NCBI GenBank assembly: GCA_043778625.1
Contig: JAYWFU010000031.1
Span: 14,616 to 78,615 of the forward strand
DNA length: 64,000 bases
Reading direction: 5' to 3'
Origin: Bacteroidia bacterium
GTDB taxonomy: Bacteria > Bacteroidota > Bacteroidia > UBA4408
This document shows, in pieces, positions 27,869 through 37,736 of this stretch; within the stretch, counting starts at the first letter, position 1; every line of letters starts with the position of its first letter. Under the pieces are notes generated by a model. The model saw only the letters and a program-made list of their open reading frames with translations. It was not told the origin of the DNA and did no database searches. The translations under genes were made by a program, and so were the position numbers.

Positions 27869-28273
27869 CTACATTACCAATATTCCATCCAATCCCAATA
27901 CCTCAATAAACTCAAATTTATCAACGTTAATAGTATTTGGAGCAAAAACAAATTTTTTATCGTACACGTTTCCGTTGTGATAAAAACTTGCCCAATACTC
28001 GTTACTTATTGCAAATACATCTTCTATAATAGGTTCAATTTTTACTGCCGTACGGCCGTGCACTGTATTTAAAAAATGACGTAGTGTAGCCGTTTTTTTA
28101 TCTTCGCCATTAATTGTTCCGTAGCCTGATGTAGATACTAAAACGCCATCCACAGGCTCGTATTTAAAATTTACAAAGTAAGCGTTCCATTCTTCAGCCA
28201 GTTCTTCGTTAATTTCTTTTGTAATGGCTATTCCTATGTGTTCTACATTTAATTGTGGTATGTCTTTAAGCAT
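27869..28273 (-). CDS. hypothetical protein
   Basis: 134-aa ORF with no recognisable motif. It ends 5 nt from the orphan copy of the prmC start. Confidence 0.45.
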   Translation of the reverse strand: MLKDIPQLNVEHIGIAITKEINEELAEEWNAYFVNFKYEPVDGVLVSTSGYGTINGEDKKTATLRHFLNTVHGRTAVKIEPIIEDVFAISNEYWASFYHNGNVYDKKFVFAPNTINVDKFEFIEVLGLDGILVM

Positions 28274-28449
28274 AATAAGTGTTGAGCGTATTTTTTTGTA
28301 AAAATAATATTTTATTTAATTTTTTTTTGAGTGCTAGAATTAATATTGTTACTTAATTTTAAAATAGTAACCCAGTGTATTCTTAATTATTGTTGTTTAT
28401 TTTTTATTAAAAAAGCAACTTCAACAAATAACAGCATAAAATTTTCGCA

Positions 28450-29907
28450 TCAGTCTGCGTTAAGGTGCTTGCTCCGTCCTCGGGGTTCATTTACTTCTTT
28501 GAGTATAATTTCCGAATGTAGTAAATGTGCAGCCGTGGCCGAATCATTTACTTTGGAGGCAGAGCGGGCAAGTATTTCCAACTCAAATTCGGTGAGTACA
28601 CTTTTACGCACACCAACGTCCCTCCATTCGGATTGGGAATTATCCTCTTTAGTAATTGCTCGTGCCAACGCTAGCGCATCTAGCAAGGCTTGATTTGCTC
28701 CCTGTCCTTTAAAGGGACTCATAGGGTGGGCGGCATCGCCAATGAGTGTAACTGCCCCTGCATTAGCTAATAATTGTGGGTCGAGTAATGCCCTGTCGTA
28801 TACTGGGTAGCCCGAAATTTCAGTTTCAGCCGTAGCGGCCAAAATTTGTGGTATAGGGTCGTGCCATTGTAACCTGCGGATTGCCTCCGCTTTAAGGGCT
28901 TTAGTTCCTTGCGCACTCAATGCCTTAGCTTCTTCTTCGACCATAGGGAAGCTAAGTTGCCACATTATGGAATTAGTTGCATAAGGCATAAGGTAAATGC
29001 GTTCGTTGCCGTTAGAGGTTTGAAATACGGTGGCAGAATCCAACAACGAATGCTCAAACTCGTGTAAGTTAGCCAAGGGGCAAATGCCCAAAATAACAAT
29101 ACAATTGAGGTAACGCAAAGGTGTAGCCTCGTCAGTAATTAATAACTTACGTACCGCGCTTCTAATACCGTCGGCTCCTACTAAAATATCTGCCTTGGCA
29201 TGTTGAGTTTCGCCATTTAATTTAAACGTTAAATCAACGCCTCCACCATCGTTATTTTTAAAATTTATTAGTTGATGCCCCCACTGTACGGCGTTATGTC
29301 CGCCCAGTTGTTCTAGTAATGCTAAGCGCAATGCTTGGCGGGCAATGTGTACGTTGCGGCGTTTATTAGACGATTGATTAATAGGTTGATTTAATTTGCG
29401 TACGCCCCATTCGCCAATTATTTTTCCTTCAATAGTATGTACTACGTGCCGTGTGGAGAATACTCCTTGTTGTAACGCAAATATACCAAAGCCTTCAATG
29501 GCTTTGCTGGCTTGTTGCAACGTGAGACCATAGCCTTGAGAGCGGTCGTTAAAACCATTATCACGTTCGTATAACGTAAACGGAATACCACGGTGCAAGC
29601 ATGCCACCGCTAGTGCCACGCCACCAATGCCACCACCCACAATAGTTACGTGCGGGTAGTGTTGGGTATTAATTACCGCAGGTGTAACGCTACGCATAAG
29701 CCCATTGCCGTTGCATAGCAAGCATTTGTACAAATGTTCTTTAGCAGGAGTTATTAGTGGCTCTTGGTGCGGAGTTTGGTTTAACTTATTTAATTCAGCT
29801 AGTTTTTCGAGCCGTATTTTTTTGCGGGTTCTCTTGGGTGCTTTGCCTTGCCCTGCACAGTCGGGGCAGGGTGTAAAATAAGTTTGTTGATGTGCGGTTA
29901 TCTCCAT
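28450..29907 (-). CDS. FAD-dependent monooxygenase with N-terminal twin CxxCxGxG zinc-finger extension
   Basis: VTIVGGGIGGVALA dinucleotide-binding motif and GDAAHPMSPFKGQGANQAL. The N-terminal ~90 aa contain CPDCAGQG and CLLCNGNG. Confidence 0.85.
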   Translation of the reverse strand: MEITAHQQTYFTPCPDCAGQGKAPKRTRKKIRLEKLAELNKLNQTPHQEPLITPAKEHLYKCLLCNGNGLMRSVTPAVINTQHYPHVTIVGGGIGGVALAVACLHRGIPFTLYERDNGFNDRSQGYGLTLQQASKAIEGFGIFALQQGVFSTRHVVHTIEGKIIGEWGVRKLNQPINQSSNKRRNVHIARQALRLALLEQLGGHNAVQWGHQLINFKNNDGGGVDLTFKLNGETQHAKADILVGADGIRSAVRKLLITDEATPLRYLNCIVILGICPLANLHEFEHSLLDSATVFQTSNGNERIYLMPYATNSIMWQLSFPMVEEEAKALSAQGTKALKAEAIRRLQWHDPIPQILAATAETEISGYPVYDRALLDPQLLANAGAVTLIGDAAHPMSPFKGQGANQALLDALALARAITKEDNSQSEWRDVGVRKSVLTEFELEILARSASKVNDSATAAHLLHSEIILKEVNEPRGRSKHLNAD

Positions 29908-29921
29908 TTTTTAATGTTCCC

Positions 29922-30491
29922 CTAAATTACATAAGGCGGGCGATTACTTTTAAAATTATTTTTAATTTCAGTGATCATGTATTCAGGGTATTCAAACACT
30001 AATTTATTCTCAAAACGGATTACGTGTATTCCAACGGAATTTAAAAACAAGGTGCGTTCCCCATCATGTAATTGTGCTTGTGGGGTGTTGTGTATTTCGC
30101 CATCAAGTTCTATGGCTAATTGTTCTGCTGGGCAATAAAAATCGAGGATATAATTGCCTACGCTGTGTTGGCGGCGGAATTTACGCCCATCTACTTGTGA
30201 GTTTTGTAACAGTGTCCATAATTTAGCCTCGGCTGGAGTTGAGTTGTTGCGTAGTGTGCGGCGGAAGGTTTTGAGATAGGGGAGGTTGTTGAGTTTTGTA
30301 TTAACTGGAGTATCTTGGGGGAGAGTTTTACTTTCTAGCGGGAGAATTTTACCACCCCGCCCTGCGGGCACCCCTCCTAAAATAGGAGGGGAACTCTGGG
30401 TGTGATTATCTAACGGGAATGACGGGGTGGCACTGTTGAATGTGCTATTTTCTTTACTTCTATTATTTTCGTCGTCTGTATTTTGTACCAT
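29922..30491 (-). CDS. DUF559 (Vsr-like endonuclease fold) domain protein with repeat-encoded N-terminal extension
   Basis: The C-terminal ~115 aa carry TPAEAKLW...RRQHSVGNYILDFYCP...IELDGEIH. The N-terminal region (SPPILGGVPAGRGG) is encoded by the GC-rich repeat element, so the true start is uncertain. Confidence 0.75.
   Translation of the reverse strand: MVQNTDDENNRSKENSTFNSATPSFPLDNHTQSSPPILGGVPAGRGGKILPLESKTLPQDTPVNTKLNNLPYLKTFRRTLRNNSTPAEAKLWTLLQNSQVDGRKFRRQHSVGNYILDFYCPAEQLAIELDGEIHNTPQAQLHDGERTLFLNSVGIHVIRFENKLVFEYPEYMITEIKNNFKSNRPPYVI
30351..30393 (-). repeat. GC-rich double-hairpin element, copy 1 (inside the DUF559 ORF)
   Basis: accaccccgccctgcgggcacccctcctaaaataggagggga. Its reverse complement matches copy 2 almost base for base. 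It contains the hairpin cccctcc/ggagggg. Confidence 0.85.
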
Positions 30492-30624
30492 TACCCCTGA
30501 AATTTTATTACTGAATTTTAACCTTAGGTTTAATCTTGATGTTTACTCTTTTAATTTACTACTTATACTTTTGCTCCCTAATTTTTACGCTTAGTATTTA
30601 CGATATTATATTTACGCTTTGTAC

Positions 30625-30668
30625 TCCCCTCCTTTTTAGAGGGAGGGGTGCCCGCAGGGCGGGGTGGG
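30625..30668 (+). repeat. GC-rich double-hairpin element, copy 2 (intergenic, inverted relative to copy 1)
   Basis: tcccctcctttttagagggaggggtgcccgcagggcggggtggg. It stands out strongly against the AT-rich flanks. Confidence 0.85.
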
Positions 30669-30735
30669 TTATGCGCCCTGCTTACATGCTATACTATATG
30701 GCTAGATGAAATAAATTTTGAAAGAAAAAATGGTA

Positions 30736-31422
30736 CTAGTATTGCTTAATTTTTCTTTTAAGCCTATTTACTTCATTTTCCCATTCTCTTACTGAACTAA
30801 GAGCTTCTACTATTTGTTGTTGTTTGTCAGAATAAGACCTTAACAGATGAAACTGTTGAACTTCTTCCAAATTTATTCTTGCAGCACCTAAATTTATAAT
30901 TGCTTGATCATATTCAGATTTTAATCCTTCAAGTTCTGCTTGTCTTTGAGCCGCATTAGCTATTTTTTTTTGCCTTTCTTCCTCTGCCAATCTAGCTATC
31001 TCAATTTGCTCTTGTTCTTTAATTTTAGCGTTTTGCTTTTCTAATTGTAGTTGTATTTCTGTTTGCTGAGCTTGTTGCTTAACGTATAATGTTATGCCGA
31101 TTACACTTATCAATAAAAAACTAGCAATAACAACTATAATTATATTTTTTTTGTTAGTGCTTTTTTCTGTGGTTATAACAGTATTTACTATGGTTTTTTT
31201 TTCAGAAAGTGGCGGTGGTATAATTGGTGCTTTTGTTAATAAAGGGGGCGGAATACTTTTGAATATTTCTTTTAAATCTTCAATATCATTGGCTTTCATC
31301 CAGCTTTCCGCACCCTCGAACCATACTAAAGTATCTCTAGTAATGTTTTGTTCTTTTAATTCAGTTATCGAATAAGGTCCTTTTTGTATATCGTCTATGT
31401 GAATAAAATAGTTTTGTATCAT
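30736..31422 (-). CDS. GYF_2 (DUF4339) domain - TM - coiled-coil protein
   Basis: The N-terminus YFIHIDDIQKGPYSITELKE...LVWFEGAESWMKANDIEDLKEIF is GYF_2-like. One TM (IIIVVIASFLLISVIGITLYV) is followed by a Q/E/K-rich coiled coil. Confidence 0.65.
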   Translation of the reverse strand: MIQNYFIHIDDIQKGPYSITELKEQNITRDTLVWFEGAESWMKANDIEDLKEIFKSIPPPLLTKAPIIPPPLSEKKTIVNTVITTEKSTNKKNIIIVVIASFLLISVIGITLYVKQQAQQTEIQLQLEKQNAKIKEQEQIEIARLAEEERQKKIANAAQRQAELEGLKSEYDQAIINLGAARINLEEVQQFHLLRSYSDKQQQIVEALSSVREWENEVNRLKRKIKQY

Positions 31423-31484
31423 GTTATTTTAAGTTTTTATGAATTGATTTTAAATTAGTTAATTTTTAAGTTTACGTCTACCCC

Positions 31485-33404
31485 CTACCCCTCCATTACA
31501 TCTGCCTTGTTCCCCAGCTCTTCCCATTGGGCGTAGTAAGTGGCTAGCTCGGTTTTAAACTTTTTGTAGCTTGCGGTAAAAGCCCCGTCGTTAAACAGTT
31601 CGGGCTTGGCCAGTAGTTGGGCGTCGTATTCTTTTATTTTGGTTTCGTTGCGTTCAATACCTTCTTCAATTTTTTTAACGGCATTTTTTATTTTACGCAA
31701 TTCTTTTTCTTGCTCCTTACGCTCTAAGTATTTTTGTTTGCCATCGCTGCTGTTGTCGTCGGTTTTGGCCGCGGCTATTGATGTAAAATTATTTTCTTTT
31801 TTGCGGTGCGCTAAGTATTCGTCTATATCGCCTATAAATTCTTTTAGCTTTCCGCCTTTTAGTTCAATTACTTTTTCGGTTATACCACGCAAAAAATCAC
31901 GGTCGTGAGATACCAGTAGTAATGTACCTTCAAAGCTTTTGAGTGCTTTTTTAAGCAAGTCTTTAGAAAGAATGTCCAAGTGATTGGTAGGCTCATCGAG
32001 TATTAAAAAATTGTAAGGTTCAAGTAATAATTTGGCCAATGCAAGACGTGTTTTTTCACCTCCTGATAGCACTTTTACTTTTTTGGTAATATCATCTCCT
32101 TTAAATAAAAATGAGCCTAGTATGTTACGTACACGTGTGCGTACCTCGCCTACAGCTACTTCGTCTATGGTTTCAAATATTGTTTTTTCCTTGTCTAAAT
32201 CATCAGCATGGGTTTGTCCAAAATAACCAATGCGTACCATGTGTCCTGGCGTAAGCACGCCTGATGTGGCTTGCAGTTCGTCCACAATTATTTTTATAAG
32301 TGTACTCTTACCTTGTCCGTTTTGTCCCACTATGGCTATTTTTTCGCCACGTGCTATTAAAAAATCTATATTATCTAACACTTTTTTGGTTTCGAACGAT
32401 TTACTCAAGCCCGCAGCCTCTATGCTTACCTTGCCACTGTGTGGTGCAGCAGGGAACTTAAAGCTAAGGTTAGATACATCTTCATCATCAATTTCAACTA
32501 CCTCTAGCTTGTCTAATTTTTTCATCAATTGCTGTGCAAACGCTGCTTTAGAAGCTTTTGCTTTGTATTGGTCAATTAATTTTTGAGTAGTTTCAATGTA
32601 CTTTTCTTGATTTTTTTGTTTTTGCAACAATTGCTCTTTGCGCTCTTGTTTAAGTACAATATGCTTGCTGTAGTTGCACGGATATTCAGTAAGTACACGA
32701 TTAGCAATTTCAAATGTTTTGTTGGTTAAATTATCCAAAAACATACGATCGTGCGATATAAGTACTACTGCCCCCTCGTAAGTTACTAAGTGGTTTTCTA
32801 ACCAATCTATAGCCTCAATATCCAAGTGATTGGTAGGTTCATCGAGTAATAATAAATCGGGGTTTTGGAGTATTAGTTTCGCTAATTCTACACGCATACG
32901 CCAGCCACCGCTTAGTTCATTCATATTAAAATGAATACTTACACCGTTAAACCCTAAGCCAAACAATACCTGTTCTATACTGGCATCAATATTAGCTGCA
33001 CCTAATATATTAAGCCTATCCATGCAGTGTTGGTAGTCGTCGAGGGCGTCCATGTAGGCTTGGCTTTCATAGTCTTCGGAATGCGCTATGTAATCATTTA
33101 AGAGCTCTATTTTAGCTTCTACTGAAGCTAATTCTTTTAACGATTGTTTTACTTCTTGCGCAACAGTTAAATCGCTGTAGTTAAATAATTCTTGAGGTAA
33201 GTATCCCATCGTAAACTCTTTGGGAGTGCTTATAACACCGCCCGAAGCCTCTTGCGCACCCGCTAATATTTTTAAAAATGTTGATTTCCCCGCCCCATTT
33301 TTACCAGTAAGTCCTACCCGCTCGCGCTTGTTTATTACTACGTTAATATCTGCAAATAGTGTTGTGCCTCCAAACTGTACTGTTAAATCGCTTACTGAAA
33401 CCAT
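31485..33404 (-). CDS. ABC-F family ATPase (no TM domain)
   Basis: Two cassettes with Walker A GKNGAGKST and GQNGQGKST and signatures LSGGWRMR and LSGGEKTR. The C-terminus is a coiled coil. Confidence 0.9.
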   Translation of the reverse strand: MVSVSDLTVQFGGTTLFADINVVINKRERVGLTGKNGAGKSTFLKILAGAQEASGGVISTPKEFTMGYLPQELFNYSDLTVAQEVKQSLKELASVEAKIELLNDYIAHSEDYESQAYMDALDDYQHCMDRLNILGAANIDASIEQVLFGLGFNGVSIHFNMNELSGGWRMRVELAKLILQNPDLLLLDEPTNHLDIEAIDWLENHLVTYEGAVVLISHDRMFLDNLTNKTFEIANRVLTEYPCNYSKHIVLKQERKEQLLQKQKNQEKYIETTQKLIDQYKAKASKAAFAQQLMKKLDKLEVVEIDDEDVSNLSFKFPAAPHSGKVSIEAAGLSKSFETKKVLDNIDFLIARGEKIAIVGQNGQGKSTLIKIIVDELQATSGVLTPGHMVRIGYFGQTHADDLDKEKTIFETIDEVAVGEVRTRVRNILGSFLFKGDDITKKVKVLSGGEKTRLALAKLLLEPYNFLILDEPTNHLDILSKDLLKKALKSFEGTLLLVSHDRDFLRGITEKVIELKGGKLKEFIGDIDEYLAHRKKENNFTSIAAAKTDDNSSDGKQKYLERKEQEKELRKIKNAVKKIEEGIERNETKIKEYDAQLLAKPELFNDGAFTASYKKFKTELATYYAQWEELGNKADVMEG

Positions 33405-33470
33405 GAATGTGTGTTATATTATTTAGTGTGTTGTTGTTAAAAGTAGTATGTGGTAAGTGTAGCGTTCCTG

Positions 33471-34931
33471 CTATAATTCTTTACGCAAGCGTGCTACGGG
33501 TATGTTAAGCATCTCGCGGTACTTAGCAATGGTGCGGCGTGCAATGTTGTAGCCTTGTGCTTTAAGTACTGTTACTAGGGCTTCGTCGCTTAGGGGTTCG
33601 GCTTTGTTTTCGTCGGCTATGGCGTTAGATAGTATTTTTTTCACTTCCTTAGAGCTTACTTCCTCGCCATCGTCGTTGGTGAGCGACTCGCTAAAAAAAC
33701 TTTTTAACGCAAACGTACCAAAATGTGTAGTAATATATTTAGCGTTTGAAATCCTTGACACGGTAGATATATCCAAGTTAGTAACATCTGCTACGTCCTT
33801 TAATATCATAGGTTTTAGCTTGAGTTCATCGCCCTCCAAAAAGTAATCGTACTGCTTAGTAAGTATGCAGTTCATTACCAGCATCATGCTTTGGTTACGT
33901 TGGTCAAGCGCATCAATAAACCAGTTGGCGCTTTCTATTTTTTGTTTAATAAAACTAACGGCTTCCTTATCTTTTAACTTGCCTTTGCTATATTGGTTAA
34001 GCATGTCGTTATAATCTTTGCTTACTCGCAATGGCACACGGTTACGGCCATTCAGGCTTAGTTCCAGCTTACCATCGTTGTTGTACAGGGCAAAGTCGGG
34101 CGTTATTTGCTCTAAGTTTTTTTGGTTATCCGCCATCGAATTCCCTGGTTTAGGATTCAGGTGTATAATTTCGTTAATGGCTAATTTTAATTCTTCAGGC
34201 GTAAAATCAAGGTGCTGCGCTATTTTTTCGTAATGTTTCTTTACAAATTCCTCCATCATTTCGCTTACAATTTCGGTAGCTAAGCGTATGCCTTTGGTGC
34301 GGTTTTCTTTACGCTTTAGTTGTATTAATAGGCATTCGCGTAGGTTGCGTGCGCCAATGCCTGCGGGGTCAAGGTCTTGTATTTCGGTGAGTATAACTTC
34401 AATTTCTTTTTCGGTAGCAGTTATGTTTTGTGTAAATGCAAGGTCGTCTACCATAGCCGCCAATTCTCGGCGCATATAGCCGTCGTCGTCAATGTAGCCA
34501 ATAACATAATCGGCTATACGCATTTGTTTGTCAGTAAGGTTGCGTAAGTGCAGTTGCTCCGTTAATTGCTCTTGGAACGATATTCCGCTTGCAAACGGCA
34601 CGTCCTTAATATCATCGTCGGAGCTTGATTGTATGGTGGTTTTATAACTCGGTATTTCGTCGTCGTCAATGTACTGATCTAAGTTAAAATCCTCTCGTTT
34701 ATTTTCGTCGTTACCCTCGGTTTCGTAGTCGTCTTGTTCGTATATCGATTCCTCGTCGTCCGCATTTTTATCGTCATCATTCAAGCCCTCTTCTAACGCA
34801 GGGTTAATCTCCAATTCTTCTTTAATACGTTGTTCGAGCGATGCCGTGGGTACTTGCAACAGTTTCATTAACTGAATTTGTTGTGGCGATAGTTTTTGTT
34901 GTAGTTTTTGTTGTAACGATTGTTTTAACAT
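33471..34931 (-). CDS. rpoN: RNA polymerase sigma-54 factor
   Basis: Gln/Leu-rich N-terminus (LQQKLQQKLSPQQIQLMKLLQ), an acidic linker, and the C-terminal RpoN box ARRTIAKYR. Confidence 0.95.
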   Translation of the reverse strand: MLKQSLQQKLQQKLSPQQIQLMKLLQVPTASLEQRIKEELEINPALEEGLNDDDKNADDEESIYEQDDYETEGNDENKREDFNLDQYIDDDEIPSYKTTIQSSSDDDIKDVPFASGISFQEQLTEQLHLRNLTDKQMRIADYVIGYIDDDGYMRRELAAMVDDLAFTQNITATEKEIEVILTEIQDLDPAGIGARNLRECLLIQLKRKENRTKGIRLATEIVSEMMEEFVKKHYEKIAQHLDFTPEELKLAINEIIHLNPKPGNSMADNQKNLEQITPDFALYNNDGKLELSLNGRNRVPLRVSKDYNDMLNQYSKGKLKDKEAVSFIKQKIESANWFIDALDQRNQSMMLVMNCILTKQYDYFLEGDELKLKPMILKDVADVTNLDISTVSRISNAKYITTHFGTFALKSFFSESLTNDDGEEVSSKEVKKILSNAIADENKAEPLSDEALVTVLKAQGYNIARRTIAKYREMLNIPVARLRKEL

Positions 34932-35019
34932 AATGCACTATTAAAATAGGGGGTTGTGTAGATATGCCCCAAATGTAACATACATTTTTTGGTTTATAAA
35001 ATATTTAACCTATCATTAG

Positions 35020-36357
35020 TTATTGGTCAGTAATATTTACTTTGGGCGGAGCGGTATCTTTGCCTTTTTTGTTTACGTAATACACTTTGCGCCCATTGGT
35101 TAGCACAAAAACCTTGTCGGAATACTTATCAATTTTCTCGTACAGCGGCTCTACTACTTGCTTACCGCTACCGTTCACCAAGCCCCATCGTCCGCCAAGT
35201 TTCATTTTAAATATTCCTTTGCCAAAGGGTATTAATTCGTCGTATAGCGGTGGCACTATTATGCCACCAGTTTTGTTAATATAGCCCCACTTACCATCGA
35301 GTTTTACTTTGCTCATACCCCCTTTAAAACCTAGCACTTGTGCATACGTAGGGGCTACTACTTCTTTGGCTTTGGCGTTAATAAATCCCCACTTACCCTC
35401 AGCTAGCACAGGGGCTAACCCCTCCCCAAAATTATCAACACGGGTGTACTTAGGGGCAATAATTTCTTTGCCTTTGTAGTTTATAAAACAATATTTTCCG
35501 TTGAGTTTGCCCAGCATAATACCCTTGCTAAAATCGGTTATTGCATCGTATTCGGGCTTGGTTATTTCCTTACCTTTTTCGTTTACAAAGCCGTACTTTT
35601 TGTCAATAGTAACTTTAGCTAATTTGTTGTTAAACACTGCTGCCGAGTCGTAGGCAGGCTTAGTAATTTCTTTGCCTTTTTGGTTTACAAAACCCCACTT
35701 GCCTGCAAGCTTAACACTAGCAAAACCGTTGGTAAACTTAGTTACACGGTCGTAGGTGGGTTTTAGCACCTCTTTGCCTTTGGAGTTAATAAAGCCCCAT
35801 TTATTATCTAACCACACAGGGGCTAAGTCTTGGCTAAATGCCTCAATGGTATCATAGGTAGGTACGGTTATTTCAGTACCTTTTAGATCTATTAACCCCC
35901 ATTTAAACCCTAAACGAACGTAAGCAATGCTGTTGTTAAAGTCGTAGGCTTTGTCGTATTTAGGGGGGACAATTTCCACGGCTTTAGCTCCTACAAACCC
36001 ATATTTTTCGTTAAGTTGCACACGTGCCACGCCTTGTTTAAAGTTGGCTACCTCATCGTAGTTAGGGGCTATTAATTCCTCGCCCTTGGGGTTTAGTAGT
36101 CCTGTTTTTTTATCTACTTGCACAATGGCTACGCCATCGGTTATGCCAGCTATAAAGTCGTATTTGGGTGCTACCACCTCGTTACCCTTGCGATCAATTA
36201 AGCCCCACTTATTATTACGCTTGGCACGCATTAGCTCGCGGGTAAAATATTTTTTATCCTTAAAATTACTTTGCTTTACCTGCGCCAATAGTTGCTGTAC
36301 GCTAAGTACAAGCAATAGTGTAATTAAGTTACGGTATGCAATACGTGTTGGGTACAT
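35020..36357 (-). CDS. WG-repeat (KWG) containing secreted protein
   Basis: Signal peptide, then about 12 repeats of the form KWGFINxKGKEVxxPxYD. Confidence 0.85.
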   Translation of the reverse strand: MYPTRIAYRNLITLLLVLSVQQLLAQVKQSNFKDKKYFTRELMRAKRNNKWGLIDRKGNEVVAPKYDFIAGITDGVAIVQVDKKTGLLNPKGEELIAPNYDEVANFKQGVARVQLNEKYGFVGAKAVEIVPPKYDKAYDFNNSIAYVRLGFKWGLIDLKGTEITVPTYDTIEAFSQDLAPVWLDNKWGFINSKGKEVLKPTYDRVTKFTNGFASVKLAGKWGFVNQKGKEITKPAYDSAAVFNNKLAKVTIDKKYGFVNEKGKEITKPEYDAITDFSKGIMLGKLNGKYCFINYKGKEIIAPKYTRVDNFGEGLAPVLAEGKWGFINAKAKEVVAPTYAQVLGFKGGMSKVKLDGKWGYINKTGGIIVPPLYDELIPFGKGIFKMKLGGRWGLVNGSGKQVVEPLYEKIDKYSDKVFVLTNGRKVYYVNKKGKDTAPPKVNITDQ

Positions 36358-36468
36358 AGTTTTTGGTTGATGTAACTAACTCAAATGTACAATCATTTTT
36401 TTGTTTTGATAAATGATTTTGCCTAACCCGTAAATAGTTATATTTGAAGATATATTAACTATTAGATT

Positions 36469-37014
36469 ATGTTTGAATATATTAAAGACACCATAACACT
36501 TACTGAAATTAAAAAAACATTATTACTAAATAAAACAGTAATAGATATTGAGGGAGAGGCTTTTTATTATTCTAAAATAACCTTGGGTTGTAGCATTGTA
36601 TTTCAATTATTTTTGGGCTTGGGTTCGCTTTGTGTATTTCCTTTTTTTGAAAATATATGGCTTTTTTTGTACGTTTTTTTGATGGCTTTAGCAATCATTT
36701 ACAACCTTTTAAATGACACAATACCCAAGTATTTAAATACACGCCCTATTTTTATTTTAAAGCAAAAACAACTGTATTACACGCAACAAAATCAGTGGTA
36801 TAATATAGCCGAATGCCACGTAAGTATAGATAGTGTTGGTAAGTATAATTATTCGGGTACCTTAAAAATACATTCTTATTTAGATTCTAATAATACAATA
36901 TCAGAAAACATTTGGCATATCTCGAACGATGATACATTAATCAGTAGAATAAAAAAAATCAAAGGCATTACAAATTTCTTTGATTATGAACAAGAGCGTC
37001 AAAGCCGTAAATAA
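36469..37014 (+). CDS. hypothetical membrane protein
   Basis: 181 aa with two central hydrophobic helices. No family recognised. Confidence 0.4.
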   Translation: MFEYIKDTITLTEIKKTLLLNKTVIDIEGEAFYYSKITLGCSIVFQLFLGLGSLCVFPFFENIWLFLYVFLMALAIIYNLLNDTIPKYLNTRPIFILKQKQLYYTQQNQWYNIAECHVSIDSVGKYNYSGTLKIHSYLDSNNTISENIWHISNDDTLISRIKKIKGITNFFDYEQERQSRK

Positions 37015-37018
37015 TTAC

Positions 37019-37639
37019 ATGAAACACCTTTATCTACTTATTATTTTAACAGCATACGCTACTCTGGCTAAGGCACATGGGGTAGTAGTTATTTGGTCGT
37101 CGTTAGATACCAATAAACACTATGCTAATTATAACGATAGTAAAAGCGTAGCGGCCAACATTGGCGATACTATTTATATTGATGCCGTGCTTATTAAATA
37201 TAATAATGTGAGCGGAATTATGGTGTTGCGTAAGTTTGCAGGTGTGGGTATCGATACCATTAATTACTATTATAACGACACACACTGTATATTAAAATAC
37301 GTAGTGCAAAACCACACCAGTACCCGCTACGGCATTGATATTGATGGCATACTTGATGTTGCTTTTTACATAACTCCAGTAGCTACATTAGGCATTAATA
37401 ATAGTACTAATGCAGCTAACCTAAACTTTAGTTGTTACACCAACTTAGCTACTAACGAGCTGTACGTAAGTTTTAACGGCGCACCTAACGCTAGTAACAT
37501 TGATATTATAACCAATACTGGCAGTGTGGTATTGCAAGCACAGGCCATGCACAATACTACTATACCATTGGCACAACTACCCAGCGGAGTGTATTATGTG
37601 CGCTGTGGCGTAGCAGTACGTAAGTTTATTAGCCCATAA
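37019..37639 (+). CDS. secreted hypothetical protein with probable T9SS C-terminal domain
   Basis: The preferred ATG at 37019 gives the signal peptide MKHLYLLIILTAYATLAKA. The C-terminus NELYVSF...LPSGVYYVRCG is CTD-like. Confidence 0.5.
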   Translation: MKHLYLLIILTAYATLAKAHGVVVIWSSLDTNKHYANYNDSKSVAANIGDTIYIDAVLIKYNNVSGIMVLRKFAGVGIDTINYYYNDTHCILKYVVQNHTSTRYGIDIDGILDVAFYITPVATLGINNSTNAANLNFSCYTNLATNELYVSFNGAPNASNIDIITNTGSVVLQAQAMHNTTIPLAQLPSGVYYVRCGVAVRKFISP

Positions 37640-37736
37640 CTATTCATTAGCAAAATTAATTACGCCAGTAGTGTTGCCACATTAAGTTAGCTATATTTAC
37701 CACTTGAAAATTTAAACTTTAAAACAACCTTATACC

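Noticed and set aside
28331-28693. 120-aa plus-strand ORF
   Set aside because: It overlaps, in antisense, the C-terminal end of the FAD monooxygenase, whose motifs are unambiguous. The non-overlapping part is AT-rich spacer.
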